Below, one piece after another: positions 1-13,200 of a stretch of DNA of 64,000 nucleotides; position 1 is the stretch's first letter, and every line of letters starts with the position of its first letter. Origin of the DNA: Felis catus (lineage: Eukaryota); contig NC_058368.1 of assembly GCF_018350175.1 (NCBI RefSeq), positions 84,508,001-84,572,000 of the forward strand, written 5' to 3'. The notes beneath the pieces were generated by a model. It was not told the origin of the DNA, searched no databases, and saw only the letters and a program-made list of their open reading frames with translations. The position numbers and the translations under genes are program-made.

Positions 1-1660
1 TGGTACCGTCTACCCCCACCCACCAGCCCATCACACCAGCCCATCATACACAGCACTCCTAATTGAGGCTACAGCTACTTATAGCAAAGCCTGGCCCCCT
101 GGCCCCTACAATGGTTATCTTACAGGGGCAGGTCTGATTGTGAGCCAGTGCACTGGGCTTTTCCCCCAGAGGAACAACACAGGCTCCCCCACATGCACGA
201 AGTCTAATGATCATAGAGTGTTCCAAAGCATCAGCATCAGTTATGCTGGAAACAAGAAGAGGCCTTTTTTTTTTTTTTTTTTTTTTTTATCAGGCCTATA
301 GTTTTTTTGTTTCCTTTTCTCATGTTTTGAAACTGACTTCTTTTTCTTTTTTTTATTCTTGAATTCAGCTTACAGTATTTTGTGTATTTGGGTTTTTTGT
401 TTTTGTTTTTGATTGCTATACCTTTTTTTTGGATAAGGCCTTTTTGTTTTCGTTAATTTGTATTGTTTTTTAAATCGGGCTTATTTTAATAAGTCAAAAG
501 CACACCTGGTTAAAGGTCGAAACACTCCCCGTTACAGGTAAGGAGGAACTCTACAGAGGACTGACCTGGGGGAAAGAGCAGCCAAATCACAACAGGAGAT
601 GTATAGTGCATATACCATACACCAGAAACACTTCCTGAAGTACAAGGCCCTGGAGAGTGTATAACGCTTCTTAATATAGTATTATATCCAGGAACAGGAA
701 GCCTAACAAACTTTCATAACACACCAAAAACAGAAACCTAGACAGAATGACAAGATGATTCTTCCACAAAGAAAGATCAAGAAGAAACCACAGGCATGGA
801 TTTGTTCAAAACAGATATAAGTAGTATATCTGAAGGAGAATTTGGAACGACAGTCATAACTAGCTGGACTTAAAACAAAACAAAACAAAACAAAACAAAA
901 CAAAACAAAACAAAACAAAACATAGAAGGCTCCAGAGAAACCATGGCTGTAGAGGTAAAAGCTAAAAACTAGTCAGTCTGAAATGAATAATGCTGTGACT
1001 GAGATCAAAACTGACTGGGTGTAATTACAACGAGGATGAAAGAAGAGGAGGATTGAATAGGTGATACAGAAGGTAAAATTATAGAAAATAATGAGCCAGA
1101 AAAGGAGAGGGGAATAAAACTATTAGATCACAAATATAAACTTAGGGAACTCAGTGATTCTACAAAGTGCAATAATATCCATCTCATAAGAGTCAAAGAA
1201 TAGCAGGGAAAAGTGAAAGAAGATTTATTTGAATAAGTTATAGCTGAGAAATTCCTTGATATTCAGAAAGGAACAGGCATTCAAATCCAAGAGTCACAGA
1301 GAACTCCCCTCAAAATCAACAAAAACAGGTCAAAACCACGACATATAATGAAACTTGCAAAATGCAAAGATAAAGAGAATTCTGAAAGCAGCTAAAGACA
1401 AAAGGTCCTTAACCTACAAGGGTAGACACATGAGGTTAGAAGCAGACAAGTCAACAGTATCTTGGAAGGCCAGAAGGGAGTGATATGATATATTTAATGT
1501 GCTAAATGTGAAAAATATGCAACCAACAATACTTCCTCCGGCAAGACTATCATTCAGAACAGAAGGATATCTGAAGAGATTCTAAGAATCTGTAGATTCT
1601 TAGCAAAACTCCTTAGCAAAAGCTATAGGAGTTTGTGAACAATAAAACAGTTATGGAAGA
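1..1660 (+). mobile_element. LINE-1, older copy: 3' part of 5'UTR plus degraded ORF1 (5' end outside window)
   Basis: T-rich UTR segment, then ORF1-like coding from ~746 (ggcattcaaatccaagag..cagagaactcccctcaaaatcaac, cttaacctacaagggtagac), homologous to ORF1 at 45.1-46.1 kb and 55.9-56.8 kb; many stops. Confidence 0.85.
872..921. repeat. (AAAAC)n microsatellite
   Basis: About 10 perfect AAAAC units inside L1 ORF1. Confidence 0.95.
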
Positions 1661-1664
1661 ATTA

Positions 1665-2935
1665 CTTTAAACTTTATTTAAATTCAAGTTAGTTAACCTA
1701 CAGTGTAGTGTTGGTTTCAGGAGAGCCCGGTGATTGATCACTTACATATAGCATCCAGTGCTCCTCCCAATAGGTGTCCTCCTTAATGCCTATCACACAT
1801 TTTTTTTAAGTTTATTTATTTTGAGAGAGAGAAAGAGGGCAACATTGGCAGGGGAAGGACAGAGGGGGTGGGGGGAGGAATCCCAAGCAGGTTCCATACT
1901 GTCAGTACCCAGAGCCCAACATGGGGCTTGATCTCATGAATCATGAGATCATGACCTGAGCCAAAATCAAGTGTTGGACACTTAACCAATTGAGCCACCC
2001 AGGCACCCCTGCCTGTAAGCCATTTAACCCATCCCCACCAACCTCCCCTCAAGCAACCCTCAGTTTGTTCTCTGTATTTGAGTCTTTTATGTTTTATCTC
2101 TCTTTGTATTTTTATCTTTTCCCCCCTTCTCCCTTATCTGTTGTGTTTCTTAAATTCCACATGAATGAAATCATATGATATTTGTCTTTCTCTACTGACT
2201 TATCTCATTTAACATAATACCTTCTAGTTCCATCCTTGCCTTATTGCAAATGGCAAGATTTCATTCCTTTTCATTGCCAAGTAGTATTCCATTGCATATA
2301 TATACCACATCTTCTTTGCCATTGGTCAATTGATGGGCATTTAGGTTCTTTCTGTAATTTGGCAATTGTTGATACTAGTGCTATAAACAATAGGGTGCCT
2401 GTGCCCCTGAAAATCAGCATATTTCTATCGTTTGGATAAATACCTAATAATGAAATTGCTGGGTTGTAGGGTAGTTCTTTTTTTAGTTTTTTGAGGAACC
2501 TCCACACTGTTTTCCAGAATGGCCACATCAGTTTGCATTCCCACTGAGAATGCAAAAAGGTCGCCCTTTCTCCTCATCCTCGCCAATATCTATTGTTTCC
2601 TGAGTTGTGAATTTTAGCCATTCTGACTGGTGTCTCACTGTGGTTTTGCTTTGTATTTTCCTGATGCTGAGTGATGTTGAGTATCTTTTCATGTGTCTGT
2701 TAGCCATCTGGGTGTCTTGTTTGGAAAGTGGCTATTCATGTCTTCTGCCCATTTCACTGGATTATTTGATTTTGGGCGTTGTTTGGTAAGTTTTTTATAC
2801 ATTTTGGATACTGACCCATTATCTGATATTTCATTTCCAAATATCTTCTTCCGTTCCATTAGTTACCTTTTAGTTTTGTTGTTTCCTTCACTGTGCAGAA
2901 GCTTATTTTGATGAGGTCCCAATACTTCATTTTTA
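1665..2935 (-). mobile_element. LINE-1 3' end (ORF2 C-terminus + 3'UTR), interrupted by a SINE
   Basis: Minus-strand peptide [20 protein letters not shown]...KEPKCPSIDQW is the L1 ORF2p C-terminal domain; carnivore L1 3'UTR at 1670-2200. Confidence 0.9.
1800..2009 (-). mobile_element. CanSINE (tRNA-derived carnivore SINE), diverged
   Basis: Reverse complement begins GGGGTGCCTGGGTGGCTCA; (CT)n body, AATAAA and A-tail. Confidence 0.92.
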
Positions 2936-3305
2936 TTTTAATTTTGTTGAGGAACCTCCATATTATTTTCCAGAAAGGCTGCACCAGATTGTGACTTTTC
3001 ATGTGTCTATTAGCCATCTGGATGACTTCTTTGAAAAAGTGTCTGTTCATGTCTTTTGCCCATTTCTTCACTGGATTATTTGTTTCTTGGGTGTTGAGTT
3101 TGATAAGTTCTTTATAGATTTTAGATACAACCTTTCACCCGATTACACATTTGCAAATATCTCCAATTCCGTCAGGTTACTTTTAGTTATCTTGATTGTT
3201 CCCTTTTCTGTGCAGAAGCTTTTTATCTTGATGAGGTCCCAATAATTCACTTTTGGGTTTGTTTCCCTTGCCTCCAGAGACATAAGAAGTTGCTGTGACT
3301 GAGGT

Positions 3306-3750
3306 TGAAAGAGTAGACCTAGACCGGCCGACTCCATTTTGTTCTGTGTCCTCCATCTTGAGTGACTATGTCCCCAACATGGCCCCCTTTCCGGAAAAAC
3401 CACGGAAAGAAATTCCTGCTCAAACCTCAGACCACGCCTCCTCCCCTTGAGTAACTTCCTGCTCACCCGTTCAAACTTCCCATTCAAACCACACCCAGCA
3501 ACCTGTGCAACGGGACTCTGACCCTTTCCCAGCCAATTAGCTAAGGCCACGACCATCACCCCCCAAACTGCCCCTAGATCCCTATAAAACCTTTGTGCTT
3601 TTGAAACACACTCTCTCTCTCCGGCATCTCACCGCTGCGTCGATGCATTTAGGAGATTGAGCTCAAGCTAGCTAGAATAAAGGCTCTTTGCTTTTGCATC
3701 CGACTCGGCTCCCTGGTGGTCTTCGGGGATCACGAATTCTGGGCATAACA
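3306..3750 (+). mobile_element. Solo LTR, class I (gammaretrovirus-like/ERV1), 445 bp
   Basis: Starts TGAAAG and ends ATAACA; 4-bp TSD AGGT (3302-3305, 3751-3754) and the L1 sequence resumes in register; TATAAAA at 3583-3589, AATAAA at 3676-3681. Confidence 0.9.
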
Positions 3751-4200
3751 AGGTCAAAGAGGATTGCTGCCTGTTTTCTCCTCTAGGATTTTGATGGTTT
3801 CCTGTCATATTTAGGTCTTTCATCCATTTTGAATTTACTTTTGTGTATGGTGTAAGAAAGTGGTCCAGCTTCAGTCTTCTGCATGTCCCTGTTCAGTTTT
3901 CCCAAAACAATTTGCCGAAGAGACTTCTTTTTTTCCTTTGGATATCCTTTCCTACTTTTTGAAGGTTAATTGGGCATACATTTGTGGAACCATTTCTTTG
4001 TTTCCTATTCTGTTCCATTGATCTATGTGTCTATTTTTGTGTGAGTACCATACCATCCTGATGATTACAGCTTTGTAATACAGCTTGAAGTTCAGAAGTG
4101 TGATGCCTCCAACATTGGTTTTCTTTTTCAACATTACTTTGGTTATTTGGGGTCTTTTCTGGTTCAATACAAATTTTAAAATCATTTATTCTAACTCTGT

Positions 4201-4623
4201 TGTTGCAGGGAGTATGGCCGGAGTCACAAAGATGAGTCCGCACACAAAGTGCAGTTAAGTGAAGGTCCTCATACTCCAGTCTAAATGAGGCCCTGACTCC
4301 AGAATGAAGCCTCTTTTTATTAGGATAATTCCTAAAGACTGTGTGCATAAAGTCAGCTAAGCAAGTGTGTTAATCAATCTAATAGTTTGGCTTTTCAAGG
4401 TTGAATTTCAAGTTAATTGGTTTCTATAACACTAGGAAGGGTCAGGTGTGAAGGAGGATCTGGCCCTGGGCAATGTTAATGACTCTAGGCATTCCTTAGG
4501 AGCCAAAGCCAAGCTGTAGCCACCTTGCATTCAGCTGTGTAAACATGTCCTAAGGCCTTGCACCTTCTCCAGCCCTTCCCTTTTGAAGTCTTTTCCTTTG
4601 ATGCTTCTCTCCTGCATCTCCCA
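4201..4623 (-). mobile_element. Solo LTR, probably class II (betaretrovirus-like/ERVK), 423 bp
   Basis: TG...CA termini; 6-bp TSD CTCTGT (4195-4200, 4624-4629) inside L1; minus-strand AATAAA at 4316-4321. Confidence 0.85.
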
Positions 4624-5477
4624 CTCTGTGAAGAATGCTGTTATTTTGATAGGGATTGCATGAATGTGTGGGTTGCTATGGATAGTATCAAGATTTTAAC
4701 ACTATTTGTTCTTCTAATCCATGAGCATGGAATGTTTTTCTATTTCCATTTCTTTGTATTTTCTTCAACTTCTTTCTGAGTTTTCTATAGTTTTCAGTGT
4801 ACAGATCTTTAACTTCTTTGGATAAGTTTATTCCTGGGTATTTTATGGTTTTTGGTGCAACTATCAATGAGATCAATTCCTTGATTTCTCTTTCTGCAGC
4901 TTTATTATTGGTGTATAGAAATGCAACTAATTATGTTGATTTTATATGCTGTGACTTAGCTGAATTCATGTATCAGTTCTAGCAATTAATTGGTGGAGTC
5001 TAGGTTTTCCACATAGAGTATCATGTCATCTACCAAGAATGAAAGCTTAACTTCTTCATTGCCAGTTGGTATGCTTTTTATTTCCTTTTGTTGTCTGATG
5101 GTGAGGTTAGGACCTCCAAGTAGTATGTTGAACAACAGTGGTGAGAGTGGACATCCCTGTCCTGTTCCTGATCTCTCAGTTTTTCCCCATTGAAGATGAT
5201 AATAGCCGTGGGTCATTCAAATGTGGCCATTATGGTGTTGAGGTATGTTCCTTCTATCCCTACTTTCTTGAGGGTTTTTCTTATCAAGAAAGGATGCTGT
5301 ATTTTGTCAAATACTTTTTCTGCATCTATTGAGACCATCATATGGTTTTTATCCTTTCTTTTACTAATGTGGTGTATCACGTTGATTGATTTGCAAACAT
5401 TGAACCAGCTCTGTAGCCCAAGAATAAATTCCACTTACTCATGGTGAATAATTATAATGTAGTGTTGAATTTGATTT

Positions 5478-5701
5478 CCTTTTTTCTTTTTTTTTTTTAA
5501 CGTTTATTTATTTTTGAGACAGAGAGAGACAGAGCATGAATGGGGGAGGGTCAGAGAGAGAGGGAGACACAGAATCTGAAACAGGCTCCTGGCTCTGAGC
5601 AGTCAGCACAGAGCCTGACGCAGGGCTTGAACTCACGGACCACGAGATCATGACCTGAGCCAAAGTCGGACGCTTAACCGACTGAGCCACCCAGGCGCCC
5701 C
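5478..5701 (-). mobile_element. CanSINE
   Basis: GGGGCGCCTGGGTGGCTCAGTCGG head on the minus strand; TSD TTGAATTTGATTT (5465-5477, 5702-5714). Confidence 0.95.
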
Positions 5702-7260
5702 TTGAATTTGATTTTCTAGTATCTTGTTGAGAATTTTTGCATCCACTTTCATTAGGGATATTGGCCTGTAATTCTCCTTTTTAATAGGGTCTTTGGCTGG
5801 TTTTGGAATCAAGGTAATGGTGGCTTCATAGCTGAGCTGGAAGCTTTTCTCCCATTTCTATTTTTTTGGAACAGTTTGAGAAGAATAAGCATTAACTCTT
5901 CTTTAAATATCCGGTAGAACTTCTCTGGGAAGCCATAAGGCTTATTGTTGGGATATTTTTAATTATTCAGTTTCTTTGCCAGTTATGAGTCTGTTCAAAT
6001 TTTTCATTTCTTTCTGTTTCAGCTTTGGTAGTTTATGGATTTCTAGTAATTGATCCATTTCTTCCAAATTGCCCTGTTTGTTGGCATATAATTTTCATAG
6101 TATTCTCTTATAATTACTTGTACTTCTGTGTTGTTGGTTGTAATCTCTCTTCTTTCATTCATGATTTTATCTATTTGGGTCCATTCTGTTTTCTTTGTGA
6201 TAAGTTGGCTAGTGGTCTATCAATTTTGTTTATTCTTTCAAAGAGCCATCTCTTAGTTTTCACTGATGTGTTCTACTGTGGGTTTTCTTGTTTGTTTGTT
6301 TTTATATCATTTATTTCTGCTCTAATCTTCATTATTTTCTTCTGCTTCTGGCTTAGGCTTTCTTTGCTGCTCTTTTCTAGCTCTTTTAGGTATAAGATTA
6401 GGTTGCATATTTGGGACCTTTATTGTTTCTTGAGACAGGTCTGAATTGCAATGTATTTTACCCTTAGAACTTCCTTTTCTGCACTTCAAAGGGTCTAGAC
6501 TGAATTTTTATTTTCATTTGCTTCCATGTATTTTTTGTTTTTTCTTTAATTTCTTGGTTAACCAACTCATTTTTAGTAGGATATTTTTTAACTTCCATGT
6601 ATTTTTGAGGGCATTGTCTTGTAGTTGATTTCAAGTTTCATAGTGTTGTGATCTGAAAATATGCACAGTATGATCTTGATCTTTTTGTCCATGTTGTAGG
6701 CTGATTTGTGACCCAGTATGTGATCTATTCTCGAGAATGCTCCATGTGCACTCAAGAATAATGTGTATTAGTCTGCTTTAGAATGAAAATTCTGAATATA
6801 TCTGTTAAGTCTATCTCTTCCAGTGTATCTTTCTAAGCCATTGTTTTCTTGTTTTTCTGCTTAGTTGATCTGTCCATTGTTATAAGTGGGTTTTAAAGTC
6901 CCCTACTCCTATGGTGTTATTATCAATGTGTTTCTTTATGTTCATTATTAATTGATTTATATATTTCATTCTCTCAAGTTGGGGGCATAAATATTGGCAT
7001 TTGTTACATTTTCTTGATGGATAGACCCCTTACTTATGATATAATGGCCTACTTCATCTCTTGTTATGGCCTTTCTTTTAAAATCTAGTTTGTCTGATAT
7101 AAGAATGGCTATTCTGCCTTTCTTTTGACCTCCATTACCATGATATATGATTCTACATCTCCTCACTTTCAACCTGGTGTCCTTAGGTCTAAAATGAGTC
7201 TCTTGCAGGCAGAATATATATTGATCTTGTTTTTTGATCCACTTATATGCTATGTCTTTT

Positions 7261-7421
7261 TTTTTAGGTTATATATTTATTTTTAGAGAGAGAGCGAGAT
7301 GGGGCAGAGAGAGAGAGGGATATGGAGAAACCTAGCAGGCTCTGCACCGAACTCACAAACTGCAAGATCATGACCTGAGCCAAAGTCGGATGCTTAACTG
7401 ACTAAACTACCCAGGCGCACC
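7261..7421 (-). mobile_element. CanSINE, internally deleted
   Basis: SINE head and (CT)n tail with the middle missing; flanking CTATGTCTTTT repeat. Confidence 0.88.
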
Positions 7422-8135
7422 TGCCCTATGTCTTTTGACTGGAGCATTCAGTCAATTTTCATTCAGAGTGATTGTGAAAAATATGAATTTAGTGCCATTG
7501 TGTTTCCTGTAGAGTTGGTGTTTCTGGTGACGTTATCTGGCCCTTTTTAGTGTTTGTTGCTTTGGCCTTCTGGGTTTTTTTCTCCACTCAGAGAGTCCCC
7601 CTTAAAATTTCTTCCAGGGCTGGATTAGTTCTCAGAAACTCCTTTCATTTTTGTTTGTCTGGGAAAGTCTGTATCTTTCTATTCAGAGTGACAACTTTGC
7701 TGGATAAGGATTCTTGGCTGCATATTTTTCCCATTCAGAATATTAAATATTTTCTACCACTCCCTTCTGGCCTGCCACATTTCAGTGGACAGGTCTGCTA
7801 ACCTTAGGTGTCCACCCTTGTAGGGTAAGGTCATTTTATCCCTAGATGCTTTTAGAATTCTCTCTTTATCTTTGTATTTTGCCTGTTTCATTATGATATG
7901 TCATGGTGTTTACCTGTTTTTGTTGATTTTGAAGGGAGTTGTCTGTGCCTTGTGGACATGAATGCCTGATTCCTCCCCAGACTAGGGATGTTGTAAGCTA
8001 AACTTGGTTCAAATAAACTTTCTGCCCTCTTTTCCTACTCTTCTTCTGGGACTCCTATAATATGATATTCCTTCATTTTATGGAATCACAAAATTTTCTA
8101 GTTCTCCCCTGGCGATCTAATACTTTCCTTTCCCT

Positions 8136-8357
8136 CTTTTTTTTCCAACTTTTTATTTTTATTTTTATTTTTGGGACAGAGAGAGACAGAGCATGAACGG
8201 GGGAGGGGCAGAGAGAGAGGGAGACACAGAATCTGAAACAGGCTCCAGGCTCTGAGCCATCAGCCCAGAGCCTGACGCGGGGCTCGAACTCACAGACCGC
8301 GAGATCGTGACCTGGCCGAAGTCGGACACTTAACCGACTGCGCCACCCAGGCGCCCC
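8136..8357 (-). mobile_element. CanSINE, young felid-type subfamily
   Basis: CpG-rich near-consensus head GGGGCGCCTGGGTGGCGCAGTCGG; TCCTTTCCCT flanking repeat (8126-8135, 8359-8368). Confidence 0.95.
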
Positions 8358-8371
8358 ATCCTTTCCCTTTT

Positions 8372-8550
8372 AAAGAACATCCTACTAGAGAATGACTGGA
8401 TTAACCAGGAAATTCAAGAACTATAAAAGAAACACAGGGAAACAAATGAAAGTGAAAGCATGCCATTCCTCAACCTTTGAGATGTAACAAATGCAGCCTT
8501 AAGATTGAAGTGTATAGCATTACAGACCTTCCTCAAAAAGGAAGAAAATT
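8372..8550 (+). mobile_element. LINE-1 ORF2 fragment
   Basis: aagaacatcctact..gaatga..aaccaggaaatt matches the post-EN ORF2 segment at 17.73 kb and 57.6 kb. Confidence 0.75.
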
Positions 8551-8553
8551 TTT

Positions 8554-9465
8554 GGAGGAGTTAAGATGGCAGAGAGGTAGGGGATCTCTGGGCTTCCTAT
8601 GTCCCTCAAACATAGCTTTATTGAGGTAAGGTTACTTGGCACAGCCAGGAAATCAGTCTGAAGTGCACCAGAAAGATCTCCACACTTGGAGGGAGACATC
8701 TTGGGATGTGCAAGTTGTGTGGATTGAGTTGGGGAAGACAAAATGTCAGAGCTACGGAGGGGAGGGAACCCTTTCTGTAGAGAGACAAAAGGGGGATGGT
8801 AGTTGAGATAGTGCAGCATTAAATGAACACAAGAGGAAAACCTCTCTGGACCATCGACTGGGTGATAAGGTACTGAGTGTCCCAGTACATTTTTGCAAAC
8901 AGCTTTGAGAGCTCAAACTTGGAGGTTTTGGAAGTGCATGACTTTCTCCAGTGCAGTCCTGGCGAGGAGGGAGTTGGCTGCAGAATTCATAGCATAGTGT
9001 AGAGATTTCCATGGCCCACTGGGAGGGAATAGTCCCCTTTCTGGAGTGTATTTGGAAGAGGGTTTATTGCATCCCAGGGACAGAAGACCCAGGAGGTGCC
9101 AGCCAAAGGCCTTTAATCAGCAGGTGGAGAGGCTCTATTCAGGAGCAGGAGAGTGGAGCTGTGCCATGCCAGTTTTAAGACTTCTCGTTTATCTCAGCCA
9201 AGCGCCAAGGAGAAGGCACAGGAAAGATGAGGTATGGGATGAGCTCTCTGCTCTCACTATTCTATGAGAGCCACCAGAACAGCATGGGTTGAAATCTCAG
9301 CCTGGGGATGAGAATTGGGATGATGCCATTTTCCTGTCGAATACCACCATTGTAGGACTTCGGAGAACACAGCAGCCCCCAGTGGCAGTGGGACCCCCTT
9401 ACCTGAAACCCCATATCAGACTGGATAAAAAAAAAAATCCATCCCTATGCTGCTTATAAGAGACT
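8554..9465 (+). mobile_element. LINE-1 5'UTR joined directly to the ORF2 start (no ORF1); continues at 10107-10215 and ~21045-21680
   Basis: GGAGGAGTTAAGATGGC 5' start; similar to the UTR at 43521; switches at ~9414 to EN sequence (atcagactggataaaa..tgctgcttataagagact). Confidence 0.8.
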
Positions 9466-9471
9466 TATTTT

Positions 9472-10106
9472 ATTTTATTTTATTTTATTTTATTTTATTT
9501 TATTTTTAATGCTTGTTTGTTTTTATAATTTATTTTCAAGTTAGCTAACATACAACGTATACAGTGTAGTCTTGGCTTCGGCAGTAGGTTCCTGTTGTTC
9601 ATTATTTACATACAACACCCAGTGCTCATCCCAACAAGTGCCCTCCTCAAATCCAATCTCCCATTTGCCCATCCCCTCAACTCCCCACCCCCATCAAACC
9701 TCAGTTTGTTCTCTGTGCTTAAGAGTCTCTTATGGTTTGCCTCACTCTCTGTTTGTAACTTACTTTTCCTTCCCTTCCCCTGTGGTCTTCTGTTCAGTGT
9801 CTCAAATTCCATATAAGAGTGAAAACATGATTTTGTGTCTTTTTCTGACTGATTTCACTTAGCATAATACCCTCCAGTTTATCCACGTTGTTGCAAATGG
9901 CAAGATTTCATTCTTTTTCATCACCGAGTATTCCATTGTGTACATATACCACACCTTCTTTATCCATTCATCAGTTGATGGACATTAGGACTCTACATAA
10001 TTTGGCTATTGTTAATAGTGCTGCTATAAACATTGGGGGTACATATGCCCCTACGAATCAGCACTCCTGTATCCTTTGGATAAATTCCTAGTAGTGCTAT
10101 TCCTGA
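9472..10106 (-). mobile_element. 5'-truncated LINE-1 with (TAAAA)n tail
   Basis: L1 3'UTR on the minus strand; TSD AAGAGACTyATTTT (9458-9471, 10107-10120). Confidence 0.88.
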
Positions 10107-10229
10107 AAGAGACTCATTTTATACCTGAGGGCACCTGTAGATTGAAAGGGAGAACTTTTCAGGTCAAAAGAAACCTGGAGAACCTATACTTATATCAGAC
10201 AAACTAGATTTTATTTTACTATCATTCAA

Positions 10230-13200
10230 TATATTTTATTTTATTTTATTTTATTTTATTTTATTTTATTTTATTTTATTTTTAAATATAATTTATTGCC
10301 AAAGTGGTTTCCACACAACATCCAGTGCTCATCCCAACAAGTGCCCTCATCAACGCCCAGAACCCACTTTCCCCTCTCCCTCAACCCCCATCAACCCTCA
10401 GTTTGTTCTCAGTATTCAAGAGTCTCTTATGGCTTGCCTCTCTCCTTCTCTACAACTTTTTTTCCCTTTCCTTTCCCCTATGGTTTTCTGTTAAGTTTCT
10501 CAAGATCCCCCTATGAGTGAAAATATATGGTATCTTTCTCTGACTTATTTCACTTAGCATATACCCTCCAGTTCCATCCACGTGGCAATAAATGGCCAGA
10601 TTATGTTCTTTCTCATTGTCAAGTAGTATTCCATTGTATATATAAACCACATCTTTATCCATTCGTCAGTTGATGGACATTTAAGCTTTTTCCACAATTT
10701 GGCTATTGTTGAAAGTGCTACTACAAACATTGGGGTACGTGTGACCACATGAATCAGTGCTCCTGTGTCCCTTGGGTAAAACAAATTTTAATTTTTTGAC
10801 AAACCTCCAGAGAGGCTGCACCAATTTGTATTCCCACCAACAGTGCAAGAGGGTTCACGTTTCTCCATATCCTCTCCAGGATCTATAGTCTCCTGATTTG
10901 TTCATTTTAGCTACTCTGACTGGCGTGGGGTGGTATCTCAGTGTGGTTTTGATTTGTATATACCTGATAAGTGATGTTGAGCATCTTTTCATGTGTCTGT
11001 TGGCCATCTGGATGTCTTCTTTGGAAAAGTGTCTATTCATGTCTTCTGCCCGTTTCTTTACTGGATTATTATTTTTTTTTTCAGGTGTGGAGTTTGGTGA
11101 GTTCTTTATAGGTTTTTGATACTAGCCCTTTATCTGATATGTCATTTACAAATATCTTTCCCATTCCGTTTGTTGCCTTTTAGCATTTTTTTTTTTATTG
11201 TTTCCTTTGCAGTGCAGAAGATTTTTTATCTTGATGAGATCCCAATAGTTCATTTTTGCTTTTAATTCCCTTGCCTTTGGAGATGTTTTGAGTAAGAAAT
11301 TGCTGTGGCTGAAGTCAAAGAGGTTGTTGCCTGCTTTCTCTTCTAGGTTTTATTGATGGTTTCCTTTCTCATTTTCAGATCCTTTATCCATTTTGAGTTT
11401 ATTTTTGTGTATGGTGTAAGAAAGTGGTATAGTTTTATTCTTCTGCATGTTGCTGTCCAGTTCTTCAGGCACCATTTGTTAAAGAGACTGTCTTTTTTCC
11501 CCCCCATTGGATACTCTTTACTGCTTTGTTACAGATTAGTTGGCCATACATTTGTGGGTCCAGTTCTGGGTTCTCTTCTATTACATTGGCCTATGTGTCT
11601 GTTTTTGTGCCAATACCATACTGTCTTGATGATTACAGCTTTGTAGTAGAGGCTAAAGTCTGGGATTGTGATGCCTCCCACTTTGGTTTTCTTCTTCAAT
11701 ATTACTTTGGCTATTCGGGGTTTTTTGTGGTTCCATACAAATTTTAGGATTGTTTGTTCTATCTTTGAGAAGAATGCTGGTGCTATTTTGATTGGGATTG
11801 CAATGACTTTTTTGCTTTGGGTAGTATTGACATTTTAACAATATTTATTTTTCTAATCCATGGGCATGGAGTGTTTTTCCATTTCCTTTTGTCTTCTTCA
11901 ATTTCCTTCATAAGCTTTCTATAGTTTTCAGCATACAGATCTTTTACATCTTTGGTTAGGTTTATTTCTAGGTATTTTATGATTCTTGGTGAAATCGTGA
12001 ATGGGATCAGTTTCTTTCTTTCTGTTTCAGTTTCTTCATTACTGGTGTATAAAAATGCAATCAATTTCTGCAGTTTAATTTTCTGTCCTGCGACTTTGCT
12101 GAATTCATGCATCAGTTCTAGCAGACTTTTGGTGGAGTCTGTCAGGTTTTCCATGTACAGTATCATGTCCTCTGTGAAAAGTGAAAGTTTGACTTCTTCT
12201 TTACCAATTTTGATGCCTTTGATTTCATTTCATTGTCTGATTTATGAGGATAGGACATCCAACCCTATGTCAAACAACAGTGGTGAGAGTGGACATCCCT
12301 GTTGTGTTCCTGATCTCAGGAGGAGAGCTCTGTTTTTCCTCATTGAGGCTGATGTGAGCTGTGGGTTTTTTGTAAATGGCTTTTATGATGTTTAAGTATG
12401 TTCCTTCTATCCTGACTTTCTCGAGGATTTTTATTAAGAAATGCTGAATTTTGTCAAATGTTTTTCTGCATCGATTGACAGGACTGTAAGGTTCTTATCT
12501 TTTCTTTTATTAATGTGATATATCACATTGATTGATTTGCAAATATTGAAGCAGACCTGCAGCCCATGAATGGATCCCACTTGATCATGGTGAATAATTC
12601 TTTTTATATGCTGTTGAATTTGATATGCTAGTATCTTGTTGAGAATTTTTGCATCCATATTCATCAGGGATATTGCCCTATAGTTCTCTTTTTTTGCTGG
12701 GTCTCTGTTTTGGAATAAAAGTAATGCTGATTTCATGGAATGAATCCAGAAGTTTTCCTTCCATTTCTATTTTTTGGCACAACTTGAGGATAAGTATTAT
12801 CTCTGCTTTAAATGTCTGTAAGAATTCCTAGGGAATCCCTCTGGTCCTGGACTCTTATTTGTTGGGAGATTTTTGATAGGTGATTCAATATATTCAGTAT
12901 ATTCACTAGTTATGGGTCTGTTAAAATTTTCTATTTCTTCCCATTTGAGTTTCGGTAGGGTGTGGATGTTTAGGAATTTGTCCATTTCTTCCAGGTTGTC
13001 CAATTTGTTGGCATATATTTTTTCATAGTATTCCCTGATATTTGCTTGTATTTCTGAGGGATTGGTTGTAATAATTCAATTTTAATTTGTGATTTTGTCT
13101 ATTTGGGTCCTGTCTCTTTTCTTTTTTAGAAGCCTGGCTGGAAGTTTAACAATTTTGCTTATTTTTTCAAAAAAAAAAAAAAAAAAAAAGAAAGAAAACA

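Larger units (their letters stand above)
2936..8135 (-). mobile_element. LINE-1, ORF2 plus part of ORF1, disabled; host to two LTRs and three SINEs
   Basis: RT and EN peptides on the minus strand ([42 protein letters not shown]); ORF1 remnant at 7.6-8.1 kb. Confidence 0.92.

Noticed and set aside
3143..3559. 138-aa ORF spanning the LTR/L1 junction
   Set aside because: Chance read-through from antisense LTR into L1 ORF2
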